Below, piece by piece: positions 38,883-49,280 of a stretch of 64,000 nt of DNA. Under the pieces are notes generated by a model. That model saw nothing but the letters and a program-made list of their open reading frames with translations, did no database searches and was not told where the DNA came from. Positions within the stretch are counted from its first letter, which is position 1; every line of letters starts with the position of its first letter. The position numbers and the translations under genes are program-made. Origin of the DNA: Bacteroidia bacterium (GTDB taxonomy: Bacteria > Bacteroidota > Bacteroidia > Bacteroidales > Marinilabiliaceae); NCBI GenBank assembly GCA_030526155.1, contig JAUNDI010000006.1, forward strand, positions 16,426 to 80,425, given 5' to 3'.

Positions 38883-39491
38883 TTACATTTTTGCGATTAC
38901 ACCCATCTTGGTAATATACTTACCTATGATATCGAATTCTATATTTACAATAGACCCCTTTTGAAGCTTACAGAAATTGGTATGGCTATATGTATACGGA
39001 ATAATAGCTACCTGAAAACTATCCAATTGGCTGTTGACAACTGTCAAGCTAACACCATTTACACATACTGAACCCTTCTCTACGGTAATATACCCCTTTA
39101 GAGCCTGCTCCTTGATGAATTCGTATTTAAAGGTAAAGTACCAGCTACCATCAGCCTCTTGAATACTTTCGCAAACAGCGGTTTGGTCGACATGACCTTG
39201 AACAATATGACCATCAAGACGGCCATTCATCACCATACTACGCTCCACATTTACCCAATCACCAACAGACAACTTACCAAGGTTACTTCTTTGAAGGGTT
39301 TCTGCAACTGCAGTTACGGTATACTCATTACCCTCGATATTAACCACAGTAAGGCATACACCATTATGAGCGACACTTTGGTCTATTTTAAGCTCATTTG
39401 TAAAAGAGCACTCAAGAGTCAAGTGTAGGTTGCCTCCCTCATTTACCAATCTCTTTACTACTGCAGATTCTTCAACAATACCTGAAAACAT
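38883..39491 (-). CDS. ribE: Riboflavin synthase
   Basis: 202 aa beginning MFSGIVEE, with two lumazine-binding repeats (SVAHNGVCLTV and SVCVNGVSLTV). Confidence 0.93.
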   Translation of the reverse strand: MFSGIVEESAVVKRLVNEGGNLHLTLECSFTNELKIDQSVAHNGVCLTVVNIEGNEYTVTAVAETLQRSNLGKLSVGDWVNVERSMVMNGRLDGHIVQGHVDQTAVCESIQEADGSWYFTFKYEFIKEQALKGYITVEKGSVCVNGVSLTVVNSQLDSFQVAIIPYTYSHTNFCKLQKGSIVNIEFDIIGKYITKMGVIAKM

Positions 39492-39514
39492 ATACTATCT
39501 AATTTTTACGATAA

Positions 39515-39548
39515 AGACGTGAGACTGACAATAGCCAATCTCACGTCT
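39515..39548 (-). terminator. Hairpin after gldN/porN
   Basis: AGACGTGAGA pairs with TCTCACGTCT as a perfect 10-bp stem. The U-tract is weak (TTATCG). Confidence 0.5.
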
Positions 39549-39581
39549 AATATGATACTTTAATTTCTTACAAGCAAACTA

Positions 39582-40472
39582 TTAATACTCCCACATATCA
39601 TGCTCCTTAACGAACAACTCATTATGGATACGACGAGACTCCAAGTTAGCATCGAGAGAAGATGTATACTCTACGATAGCGCGGTTGTTATAAACGTTAG
39701 ATTCACGATATATGTAGCTAGAGAAACGTCTTTGTGCCATAAGGTCGTCGAATGACTGACGTTGAGCATCATTTCTAGTATTATAAACCTCCTGCTCGCT
39801 CAAGAAAGGACGCAACTCTGGATAGTAAACCCAGAATGTCAAAGAAGACTTATAACGCATAGAACCATCCTCTTGAACTTGAGCAGACTCGCGAATAGGG
39901 CAAATACCTATTATACGAACATCCATGCGGCTATACTTCTTGTCGAACCACCATACCTCCTTTACGAGGAAACGTTGAACTTCGTCGAGACGAGCCTCAG
40001 AAGCAACCTCCATTGTGTTGCCATCCTCATCTTGAGTCATTGTTGTACCGCCACCGAGGAGTACATCAACATTCTCGAAAGGAATACGCTGAGCGAACTC
40101 ATCATCTTGACCTGAGTCGTAAGCCATAAGATCACCCTTCTTAACAGCATCATATATAACCTGCATCAAAGAACGACGACCATCGATAGGCTTTGTAGGG
40201 TAATAGAGAGGAAGGTTCATCTTCTCACGCAAATCAATGAGACGCCAAATTGTCTTTGACCACATCACATCTGCCTCACGTACGTGAACATAAGGTATAA
40301 ACTTCTTGGCTGCGATATGTTGTTTCTCATAAGGGCCATCTATACCAGTAAACACCTTTGGGTCGTGAGCCGACACATTAAGAGGTGAAGGACCTGGTTC
40401 GCGAGTTACTGACTGCGCCATTACGATTGCAGACATAGTAACCATTATTGCCAATAACAATGACTTCTTCAT
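39582..40472 (-). CDS. gldN: Type IX secretion system ring protein PorN/GldN
   Basis: 296-aa secreted protein, last gene of the K-L-M-N block. The KEVWWFDK region is typical of GldN as I recall it. Confidence 0.85.
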   Translation of the reverse strand: MKKSLLLAIMVTMSAIVMAQSVTREPGPSPLNVSAHDPKVFTGIDGPYEKQHIAAKKFIPYVHVREADVMWSKTIWRLIDLREKMNLPLYYPTKPIDGRRSLMQVIYDAVKKGDLMAYDSGQDDEFAQRIPFENVDVLLGGGTTMTQDEDGNTMEVASEARLDEVQRFLVKEVWWFDKKYSRMDVRIIGICPIRESAQVQEDGSMRYKSSLTFWVYYPELRPFLSEQEVYNTRNDAQRQSFDDLMAQRRFSSYIYRESNVYNNRAIVEYTSSLDANLESRRIHNELFVKEHDMWEY

Positions 40473-40510
40473 ATTGCTTGCGTGTTATAAAGTATTCTTC
40501 GGTTATAAAA

Positions 40511-42055
40511 TTAATCACAGATTAACGATAGAGTACCCAAAGAGTTTGTACTACCATCAGGGAATTTAACTTTAATATTCTCGATCCAGAACTTCTGACC
40601 TCTATTGATCTTCTGAAGCATTTGCTTCTGCTCTGGGGTAAACTTAGAATTCTTAGAAGATTTGGTAACGTCGAAACCGCCCTGCTTAACAGTCAAGTCG
40701 AAAGATACAACCTCAAACTTAACGTCGAAGACGAAATCCTCGAGTTCAGCACGTGGACCACTAACGTTAACCAATTGAGCTTTTGGAATACGACCGCCCT
40801 TAGTTCCAGGTACTTTTGGAGTAGGATTAGGTACTCGGTAGATACGGAATGTCTTCTGAGGGAAACGAATGGCCTTACCATTAACTTGACCACCAACAGT
40901 AATAACTGCCTCTTTGCTATCCTTATTTGGACGAGCGATATAGATACCGCCTTGCTTAGTAAGTGTACAGCCAGTAGCTGATACCTTAAGGTCACTAGGA
41001 GAAATACCAGGAGCAGATATCTCGAGTGGGTTATCAAGACCACGGTACATAGCATTCATCTTGATTGGAGCTACTGTCACCATAGGCTGAGCAACCTCAT
41101 ATTCACCTACTACATTATAGTGAAGCATTTCGCCAGTTACAGGATCTGGTATAGAGAGATCGGCTGTATACTTCTTCTGACCTACTGATGAAGCTGGAAC
41201 AACATACTTACCGCGACCAGACTCAACTCGTAACTCACTACCTGCAACATTTACTACAGGCTCCATTGTGTCATCATAAGCGGCCAACATAATATCAGCC
41301 TCATAAGAACCACCTTGAAGAACGTAGCTACTCTTAGCAATGACAAGAGGCTCAATCTTATTAAACTTGAAAGAAGCCTTATCGATAGAGCTAAAGAGAT
41401 GTTGAACAACGTCAGCCTCAGCATTACGTACATTACTCTGCATATTACTCAAGAGAGCCATTGATGCAGCCAATGGAATGTGCTCAAAGTTCTGACTCTG
41501 CCAAGATACCTTCATGCCATCAGCGTCAACGGTATCCTTTGTTGCGAGCATTGCATCTAGAGCTCCAACGAGTACTGGGTTATCCTCGGCAAGACCCTTT
41601 AGGAATTCCTTGAATTCACCAATTTTATTACGTAGTTCCTCGCCCTTAGCACCAAAGTTATCTACTATCATAACGGTAGCAGCGATATCCTGGTTACTCT
41701 TAGAGTTATAATTATCCTCATCGAACTCAGGACCATCAGCTCGATGGACAAGTTCATTCTTTACACCGCGTACATATTCGAAAAGTTCGTCAGCTGCCTC
41801 CTTTACCTTCATTACAGTAGCATAGGCATCACCAACCTTTGCAGGATTTTGAGCATTAGCGTTCTCAAACTCCACATATGCGGTTCTATTTTTTACCTCA
41901 GTATTTTTAGTTGAAGACTTAATACTCTTATCCACCAAGTCAAAAGCATTCAAAAGGTCGCCAGATACATTCAATGCCAACATCGCTGTAAGCATCATGT
42001 ACATCATGCCGATCATTTTCTGCCTAGGGGTTTCGGGACAGTTACCACCGCTCAT
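40511..42055 (-). CDS. gldM: Type IX secretion system motor/shaft protein PorM/GldM
   Basis: 514 aa with the characteristic N-terminus ..PRQKMIGMMYMMLTAMLALNVS. Confidence 0.9.
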   Translation of the reverse strand: MSGGNCPETPRQKMIGMMYMMLTAMLALNVSGDLLNAFDLVDKSIKSSTKNTEVKNRTAYVEFENANAQNPAKVGDAYATVMKVKEAADELFEYVRGVKNELVHRADGPEFDEDNYNSKSNQDIAATVMIVDNFGAKGEELRNKIGEFKEFLKGLAEDNPVLVGALDAMLATKDTVDADGMKVSWQSQNFEHIPLAASMALLSNMQSNVRNAEADVVQHLFSSIDKASFKFNKIEPLVIAKSSYVLQGGSYEADIMLAAYDDTMEPVVNVAGSELRVESGRGKYVVPASSVGQKKYTADLSIPDPVTGEMLHYNVVGEYEVAQPMVTVAPIKMNAMYRGLDNPLEISAPGISPSDLKVSATGCTLTKQGGIYIARPNKDSKEAVITVGGQVNGKAIRFPQKTFRIYRVPNPTPKVPGTKGGRIPKAQLVNVSGPRAELEDFVFDVKFEVVSFDLTVKQGGFDVTKSSKNSKFTPEQKQMLQKINRGQKFWIENIKVKFPDGSTNSLGTLSLICD

Positions 42056-42098
42056 CTCGTTGTTCTCCTATAAATTAGTGTTACAACTAAAAATCAAA

Positions 42099-42950
42099 TT
42101 ACTTACGTACTACACTAAGCATGTTACCGTAGATAGAATTTAGCTCAGTCACTGTCTTAGACAAGCTAGACAACTGCTCACGATACATACGTACGCCCTC
42201 TACAGAAGCCTTAATCTCCTCTGATATTGTTGTCATACCATCAGCGAGAGATTTAGAACCCTCAAGTTGAGTAGTAACATTCTGAAGTTGCTTAGCATAT
42301 GCATCATTCATAGCCTTGATGTTAGAAGTCATCTCTTGAGCCTGGTTAGCCTGCTCAGCAAACGAGTCATTGAACTTAACATATGAATCAGAGAACTTCT
42401 TGCTAGCATCAACAACGTTAGCTTGAACTGCTGTCATCTGGCTCATTGAGTCGGTAGCGACCTTAACGTTATTGATATATGACTTTGTAGCAACTGCTGC
42501 ATCAGAGAGGTCGGCCATCTGAGAAGTAGTATCAGCCAACTTCTTAACGCCTACAGAGAGCTCGTCGATAGTCTTCTGCTCGATAGCACCTGCAGAGAGG
42601 AGAGCGCTTAACTCGCTACCACCACCTACTACACCATTCGATGCAGCAGAAGAGGATTGACTACGGCTATGAGAGTGTGCCTTATGGCGATCATTCTCAG
42701 GGTCAGACTCGAGACCAATCAACTCAGGGTAAACCAAGCTCCAATCTGGAGTCTCATGAGGTGGCTCAAATGAAGACAATGCGAAGATGAGGGCCTCAAC
42801 ACCCAAACCTGCGATAAGCATGATACTAGCACCTGGCAAGTGAAGGATTTTGAAGAGGGCGCCGATAATAGCTACTGCTGCTCCAAATCCATAGACATAC
42901 GCCATAGTCTTCTTATAAGCTGGACTAGTTACAAATTCTGTAATACTCAT
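42099..42950 (-). CDS. gldL: Type IX secretion system motor protein PorL/GldL
   Basis: 283 aa with two N-terminal TM helices (..GAAVAIIGALFKILHLPGA..) and a coiled-coil-like C-terminal half. Confidence 0.88.
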   Translation of the reverse strand: MSITEFVTSPAYKKTMAYVYGFGAAVAIIGALFKILHLPGASIMLIAGLGVEALIFALSSFEPPHETPDWSLVYPELIGLESDPENDRHKAHSHSRSQSSSAASNGVVGGGSELSALLSAGAIEQKTIDELSVGVKKLADTTSQMADLSDAAVATKSYINNVKVATDSMSQMTAVQANVVDASKKFSDSYVKFNDSFAEQANQAQEMTSNIKAMNDAYAKQLQNVTTQLEGSKSLADGMTTISEEIKASVEGVRMYREQLSSLSKTVTELNSIYGNMLSVVRK

Positions 42951-43013
42951 TTTACCTCAATTTTTCTTTTTTATGCGCCTGGGGCGTGTTAATTTATTTC
43001 TTAGTGTCAAATA

Positions 43014-44378
43014 TTATTCACCTACGTAATCACGTACACAACGGAAGCCGATGTAGCTTGTTGCTGAGTCTTGGTACTCATAAGAGCGTGTACCACACTG
43101 CATATAGTATGCGATATCCTTCCAAGAACCGCCACGGATAACCTTACGCTTCATAACATGCGACTCGTCGTCACGTGCATTATATTCGTATGTAGGGTTG
43201 AAATCGTGAGTATAAGCGTAGCTTGACTCATCGTATGCGCTAGAGGTCCACTCTGCTACGTTACCTGCCATATCGAACAATCCGTAATCATTAGGAGCAT
43301 ATGAACAGATACTTGTTGTAGCTGCAGCACCATCGTCGGCATAGCGACCACGGAGAGGCTTAAAGTTAGCTACGAAACAACCTCTATTGTTACGTGTATA
43401 GTAACCGCCCCAAGGGTAAACGCCACCATTTATACCACCACGAGCAGCGAACTCCCACTCAGCCTCTGTTGGGAGGCGGTAATCCATTGCCAATGGCACA
43501 TGATCCAATTGGAGAGTACGGTTCAACCAATTTGAGCGCCAAATACAGAATGCTGTAGCCTGCTTCCAGCTAACACCAACACAAGGGTAGTTATCGAAAC
43601 CTGGGTGGAAGAAATACATCTTAGTCCAAGGCTCGTTATAAGAGTATGTAAAGTCGGCAATCCAGCACAAGGTATCAGGATATACGAGAACGCGGTCACG
43701 AACGATGAAAGAGCCACGATTTTCGATGCCATTCCACTCGCCCTTGTTATTTACCACCTTACCATCATACTCCTTACGCTCGAGATTATAACGGTTTGTC
43801 TTCTTAGCAGCCTGCTGGAGGTCGATCCACATATACTGATAAACCCACTTACGAGTATCGTACTCACGACGACCCATGAAACGGTCCTCCTCGCGATAAT
43901 ACAATGGATCCTCGCCATTACCACCCTCTTCAAGGATAGCACGGATATCCTCATTAGCTGTCTCGATAGGCTGATCCCAGTTAATACGGAACCTATCACC
44001 GAAACCGTTATCTGTAGGCTCGTCACCTGTAGAGGTCTCTGTGATAATATAACCCTCGCCATCCTCACCAATCATACGACGAGCGATAGAGTCGCGTACC
44101 CAGTATACAAACTGGCGATACTCTGAGTTAGTAATCTCAGTCTCGTCCATCCAGAAAGAACGGATAGTTACAGTCTTGGTCTGCGCGTTTGTGATATTAG
44201 CTACATCCTGCTCATTTTGGCCCATATTGAAGCTACCTTGAGCAATAAAGAGCATACCGTAAGGATTTGGCTCGAAGAAATCCGCACTACGTTGTACGCC
44301 TATCAATTCACCGCCATCACTGGTTCCGCAGCCAGTAAGAAGCATTACCACTAAGGATAAAACAAATATATTCTTCAT
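43014..44378 (-). CDS. gldK: Type IX secretion system lipoprotein PorK/GldK (FGE-sulfatase fold)
   Basis: Lipobox LLTGC with SUMF1/FGE-like motifs (NVAEWT, RGGSW, GFRCV). Confidence 0.9.
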   Translation of the reverse strand: MKNIFVLSLVVMLLTGCGTSDGGELIGVQRSADFFEPNPYGMLFIAQGSFNMGQNEQDVANITNAQTKTVTIRSFWMDETEITNSEYRQFVYWVRDSIARRMIGEDGEGYIITETSTGDEPTDNGFGDRFRINWDQPIETANEDIRAILEEGGNGEDPLYYREEDRFMGRREYDTRKWVYQYMWIDLQQAAKKTNRYNLERKEYDGKVVNNKGEWNGIENRGSFIVRDRVLVYPDTLCWIADFTYSYNEPWTKMYFFHPGFDNYPCVGVSWKQATAFCIWRSNWLNRTLQLDHVPLAMDYRLPTEAEWEFAARGGINGGVYPWGGYYTRNNRGCFVANFKPLRGRYADDGAAATTSICSYAPNDYGLFDMAGNVAEWTSSAYDESSYAYTHDFNPTYEYNARDDESHVMKRKVIRGGSWKDIAYYMQCGTRSYEYQDSATSYIGFRCVRDYVGE

Positions 44379-44462
44379 AATATACCTTTATATCTCGATA
44401 AGTACCGATTTTTGTAAGTTCAATATTATTGTTTTATATTAATCATTCAATCATAGGGTTTA

Positions 44463-45458
44463 CTATAATATCCTGACGCTTTTGTATCGTTTTGTACGGC
44501 GTTCGATATCCACACTAAAAGTATATGTTAGGATTATCTCATGCCCACCCGAGTTCTGTGAACTGAAATCAGTCACACACAAATCGTAGTCATATCCTAC
44601 GAAGAAAGTGCTCGAAAGGTTTGCCCCAACTTGAAAAAAAACTGCGTCCTGTAGTCTATATCCCACGCCCACAGCTAGTTTACTCTTCAAATTTGCTAGA
44701 AGAGAGACATCAATCTCTGTAGAAGAGAAATCTGTCATAAAGTTAGTTCTCGCCTCTATTCCTAGAGAAGCATCTTCCCGCAGTTTACGACCAGCGGCTA
44801 TATTCATAAGAGGTCTTCTTTTGATACATGCACCACTATTCATCTCCATTTTAGGAGCATTAAGATGCAAGAAAGAGAGCCCTAGATAGCATAGAGAGGA
44901 CTGATAAAAAGCACCCAAACCGACATCTACAGCTGTTGCGCTTTCATCTGAACCCTGGAGGAGAGGATCTGTTTGTTGGTGATAATCGTCCTCTAGCCCA
45001 CCTGGTGCAGTACTTAATTCGCTAGGTTTGAATGCGGTATTAAGTACGCCCACTCTGAGCCCCAATCCGAGCAGGCCCTTATCCAACTCGATATGGTAGC
45101 TATAATCAGCTGCAATATTCATTGTTGTGAGGGCGCCCACCTTATCGTGAGTCACGATAGCCCCTACGCCATGAAAACTCTTTAGGAACGCGACCTCGCC
45201 ATTAATACCCAAGAAAGATGTCTGAGGGGCACCCTTGATGCCCACCCATTGCTTCTTAAAAGCGCCTACGGCTTGATAAGTACCTGTTCGACCTGCGCTT
45301 CCTGGATTTAGAAGCGAGGGGATATAAGCACTCTGCGATATCGTTATATCGCTCTGCGCCCAAAGGTAACCCCTTGTGGAATTGCAAATTAAAACAAAAA
45401 AGAGCAATATTACACGACATATCTCGTCAAAACGAGTATTTTTTTTACAGTGTATCAT
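44463..45458 (-). CDS. porP: Type IX secretion system membrane protein PorP/SprF
   Basis: 331-aa predicted beta-barrel directly upstream of porK, with the YIPSLLNPG.AG motif typical of the PorP/SprF family. Confidence 0.85.
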   Translation of the reverse strand: MIHCKKNTRFDEICRVILLFFVLICNSTRGYLWAQSDITISQSAYIPSLLNPGSAGRTGTYQAVGAFKKQWVGIKGAPQTSFLGINGEVAFLKSFHGVGAIVTHDKVGALTTMNIAADYSYHIELDKGLLGLGLRVGVLNTAFKPSELSTAPGGLEDDYHQQTDPLLQGSDESATAVDVGLGAFYQSSLCYLGLSFLHLNAPKMEMNSGACIKRRPLMNIAAGRKLREDASLGIEARTNFMTDFSSTEIDVSLLANLKSKLAVGVGYRLQDAVFFQVGANLSSTFFVGYDYDLCVTDFSSQNSGGHEIILTYTFSVDIERRTKRYKSVRIL

Positions 45459-45518
45459 TTCTCTTTATTCGTTATATCTTATTATCAAGCAGTTAACGCT
45501 TGACATTTTTTAGCATTT

Positions 45519-47978
45519 TTATTTTTTAGAGACAGCCTTAGATTTAGCTGTTGTCTTCTTTGCTGCAGTAGAAGTAGACTTCTTCTCAGTCTTAGCTGCG
45601 GTTTTACCAGTAGACTTAGCAGTAGACTTTGAGACTGTTTTAGAGGCGGTCTTTTTGGATGCGGGAGCAGCCTTTAGTTGTTTATTAACATACTCCATAC
45701 ACTCCTCAAAAGAGAGCTCCTCTGCCTTTATCGTCTTAGGGAGGCGAACATTCTCCTTACCATAAGCGATATATGGACCCCAACGACCATTTAGCACTTT
45801 AAGTTCTGCATCCTGTTCAAACTCCTTGATAAGTTTTTGGGCATCAGCTACACGCTTATCCTCGATACGGGTAATAGCTGTAGGGAGATCGATGGTATAA
45901 GGATCATCGACGCCCTTCTTAAGAGATACAAACTTACCATCGTGGCGTACAAAAGGGCCGAACTTACCCACACCGATAACCACATCCTTACCCTCGAATT
46001 GGCCGATATTACGAGGCAATTCGAAAAGTTTTAGCGCCTCTTCAAGAGTAATAGTCTCGAGATGCTGATCCTTACGAAGAGAGGCGAAGCGAGGCTTCTC
46101 CTCAGAATCGTCATTATTTCCAATTTGCGCCATAGGGCCGAAACGACCTACGCGCACTATTACAGGCTTTCCGCTAGTAGGATCGACACCTAGGTTACGC
46201 TCTCCATTACTTTTGTCAGAGTGCTCCATGGTATCATTAACCACTACATGGAAAGGCTTGTAGAAGTCGTCTATCACCCTTTGCCAACCAAGAGCACCCT
46301 CTGCGATATCATCGAACTGCTCCTCAACCTTAGCTGTGAAATCGTAGCTTACGATATTAGAGAAATGGTCGATAAGGAAATCATTCACGAGCATACCCAT
46401 ATCGGTAGGGAACAATTTACTCTTCTCGGCGCCGAATATTTCTGCCTTTTTCTCCTCAGATATATTCCCCTTAGAGAGGTGAAGGAGGGTATATTCACGC
46501 TTCTCGCCATCTCGACTCTCGCGGACCACATAGTCGCGCTGCTGAATAGTAGATATTGTAGGAGCATATGTAGATGGGCGACCAATACCCAACTCCTCCA
46601 GCTTACGTACGAGGGTAGCCTCGTTATAGCGAGGAGGATGTTGTTGCCAACGCTCGCGGCTAGAGATATCCACCAAGTCGAGCGATTGACCCACTGCAAC
46701 TGATGGGAGCATAGCCACTGCATCATCCTCATCCTCGTCATCAGAGCTCTCCATGTATACCTTCATGAAGCCATCGAAGAGGAGCACCTCGGCCGTAGAA
46801 GAGAAATATTCAGAAGAGGTAGCATCTATCTTGATATTAGTACGTTCGAACTTAGCATCCTGCATTTGGGAAGCCACAGCGCGTTGCCATATTAGCTGGT
46901 ATAGACGCTGCTCGTCATTCTCCACATCAGGGAGAGACCTCTTACTGATATAAGTAGGGCGGATTGCCTCGTGAGCCTCCTGAGCCCCCTTAGACTTAGT
47001 TTTATATTGGCGAACCTTGAGATAATTATCACCAAGTTCGGACGTTACATAGTCGGATATTTGAGCGATAGCCGCTGCAGCGAGATTCACCGAGTCAGTA
47101 CGCATATATGTAATATAACCAGCCTCGTATAGGCGTTGAGCCACGCTCATGGTACGCGACACGGAGAAACCCAATTTACGGCTAGCCTCCTGTTGGAGGG
47201 TTGATGTAGTAAATGGAGGCGCTGGAGTACGAGTAACAGGCTTTGTCTCTACAGCACTAACGGCAAACGACTTAGCGGCACACAACTCTAGGAAAGCGCG
47301 AGCCTCGGCATTGGTATTGAAACGCCTATTCAGTTCAGCCTTCAGAGGGGCATTAGCTCCAGCGATATTGAAGTTAGCCACAGTCTGGAAGCTACAAGTA
47401 GGCTTAAAGGCGAAAATCTCACGTTCGCGCTCCACCAGGACACGGAGAGCGACGCTCTGCACGCGACCAGCAGATAGAGAAGGCTTAATCTTACGCCAAA
47501 GTACAGGCGACAATTCGAAACCCACGAGACGGTCGAGCACGCGGCGCGCCTGTTGGGCATCGACGAGATTCATATCTATTGTACGAGGATTTTTGATAGC
47601 CTCGGTAATAGCTGACTTAGTAATTTCGTGGAAAACGATACGCTTGGTAGTCTTCACATCCAGGCCCAGCACTTCAGCGAGATGCCATGATATAGCCTCA
47701 CCCTCGCGGTCCTCATCGGAGGCGAGCCATACAGCATTAGCCCCCTTCGCTAGCTTTTTAAGCTCAGCCACGACGGCATGCTTATCAGCGGGAATTTCGT
47801 ATTGAGGTTCGTAATTATGTTCGATATCAATAGCCTGATTAGACTTCTTCAAGTCGCGAATATGGCCAAAGCTAGACTTTACGACAAATCCCTTTCCTAA
47901 GAAGCCTTCGATAGTTTTGGCCTTAGCAGGAGACTCGACGATAACGAGGTCGTATGACTCAGTAGTTTTTGTTGCCAT
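45519..47978 (-). CDS. topA: DNA topoisomerase I with a Lys/Ala/Ser/Thr-rich C-terminal tail
   Basis: 819 aa with a TOPRIM start (VIVESPAKAKTI), DEDREGE, and the active-site region YITYMRTDS. Confidence 0.95.
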   Translation of the reverse strand: MATKTTESYDLVIVESPAKAKTIEGFLGKGFVVKSSFGHIRDLKKSNQAIDIEHNYEPQYEIPADKHAVVAELKKLAKGANAVWLASDEDREGEAISWHLAEVLGLDVKTTKRIVFHEITKSAITEAIKNPRTIDMNLVDAQQARRVLDRLVGFELSPVLWRKIKPSLSAGRVQSVALRVLVEREREIFAFKPTCSFQTVANFNIAGANAPLKAELNRRFNTNAEARAFLELCAAKSFAVSAVETKPVTRTPAPPFTTSTLQQEASRKLGFSVSRTMSVAQRLYEAGYITYMRTDSVNLAAAAIAQISDYVTSELGDNYLKVRQYKTKSKGAQEAHEAIRPTYISKRSLPDVENDEQRLYQLIWQRAVASQMQDAKFERTNIKIDATSSEYFSSTAEVLLFDGFMKVYMESSDDEDEDDAVAMLPSVAVGQSLDLVDISSRERWQQHPPRYNEATLVRKLEELGIGRPSTYAPTISTIQQRDYVVRESRDGEKREYTLLHLSKGNISEEKKAEIFGAEKSKLFPTDMGMLVNDFLIDHFSNIVSYDFTAKVEEQFDDIAEGALGWQRVIDDFYKPFHVVVNDTMEHSDKSNGERNLGVDPTSGKPVIVRVGRFGPMAQIGNNDDSEEKPRFASLRKDQHLETITLEEALKLFELPRNIGQFEGKDVVIGVGKFGPFVRHDGKFVSLKKGVDDPYTIDLPTAITRIEDKRVADAQKLIKEFEQDAELKVLNGRWGPYIAYGKENVRLPKTIKAEELSFEECMEYVNKQLKAAPASKKTASKTVSKSTAKSTGKTAAKTEKKSTSTAAKKTTAKSKAVSKK

Positions 47979-48007
47979 TATATATTTTTAGTGCATAGAA
48001 AGCGATG

Positions 48008-48015
48008 CAAAGTTA
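48008..48015 (-). promoter_or_regulatory. -7 promoter box TAACTTTG for topA
   Basis: Exact TAnnTTTG on the minus strand, 30 nt upstream of the topA ATG. Confidence 0.55.
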
Positions 48016-48053
48016 GACATTATTTTTGCATATCTCCTTATAATATGAAAAAA

Positions 48054-49280
48054 CTACTCTATTGTCTTAGAGATGTTTTCCAGTTCGTCATCGTACAAGA
48101 AATCGTTATAAGGAAAACGTTGCACGTGAATTTTCTTCACCTCTGTATATACGACACGACGTAGCTCCTCGAAATTTGTTCTCTCTCTAGCAGAGATAAA
48201 TACGCATTGAGCGCCCTTAGCCATCCATGTAGCCTTTAGATCCTCGAGCGAATAATTCTCGCGCTTTTTAGGGGTAAGGTCGTCCTCGTCTTGAGGCTGA
48301 TAAGAGAAAGCATCCACCTTATTAAAAATAATAATAGTAGGCTTATCTGTATCGTCCAGTTCGTGTATAGTACGATTTACCACCTCTATTTGGGATTCGA
48401 AAGCAGGGTGAGAGATATCCACCACATGGAGGAGGAGATCAGCCTCGCGCACCTCATCGAGAGTAGACTTAAAGCTCTCCACGAGATTATGAGGGAGTTT
48501 ACGGATGAAGCCTACGGTATCAGCCATAAGGAAAGGCAGGTTACCTATGACCACCTTACGGACGGTAGTATCCAGGGTAGCGAAGAGCTTATTCTCTGCG
48601 AATACATTAGTCTTAGAGATAGCATTCATGAGTGTAGACTTACCCACGTTGGTATACCCTACGAGAGCGACGCGCACCATTTTACCACGATTTTGGCGTT
48701 GGGTATTCATTTGGCGGTCGATATGCTTAAGTTCCTCCTTGAGGGCTGATATTTTATCCAGTACGATACGCTTATCCGTCTCTATCTGCTTCTCGCCCGT
48801 ACCACGCATACCGATACCACCCTTCTGGCGATCGAGGTGCGTCCACATACGAGTAAGACGAGGCAATAGGTATTGATATTGTGCCAGCTCCACCTGTGTT
48901 TTAGCGTGAGCAGTGCGAGCACGCGAAGCGAATATATCTAGGATAAGAGAGGTACGATCAAGCACCTCGCAGTGGAGAGCCTGTTCGAGATTCTTCTGTT
49001 GAGAAGGAGATAGCTCGTCATCCACTATTATAATATCTATTTCATTCTCCTCGAGATAAAGGCGTATATCCTCTAGACGACCAGAACCCACATATGTACG
49101 AGAATCTGGTGTCTGTAGATTTTGAGTAAAACGCGCTACGGCCCTTGCGCCAGCCGTCTCGGCTAGGAAAGCCAATTCATCAAGATAATCATTAACCTGT
49201 TGAGATGTGACATCGGGAGTTTTCACAGCTACGAGCACTACCCTTTCCATCTCCTCTACTTCCTGTTGCTTTTTCGCCAT
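48054..49280 (-). CDS. hflX: GTPase HflX
   Basis: 408 aa with G motifs GYTNVGKST, DTVGF and NKVD, and an HflX N-terminal domain. Confidence 0.93.
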   Translation of the reverse strand: MAKKQQEVEEMERVVLVAVKTPDVTSQQVNDYLDELAFLAETAGARAVARFTQNLQTPDSRTYVGSGRLEDIRLYLEENEIDIIIVDDELSPSQQKNLEQALHCEVLDRTSLILDIFASRARTAHAKTQVELAQYQYLLPRLTRMWTHLDRQKGGIGMRGTGEKQIETDKRIVLDKISALKEELKHIDRQMNTQRQNRGKMVRVALVGYTNVGKSTLMNAISKTNVFAENKLFATLDTTVRKVVIGNLPFLMADTVGFIRKLPHNLVESFKSTLDEVREADLLLHVVDISHPAFESQIEVVNRTIHELDDTDKPTIIIFNKVDAFSYQPQDEDDLTPKKRENYSLEDLKATWMAKGAQCVFISARERTNFEELRRVVYTEVKKIHVQRFPYNDFLYDDELENISKTIE

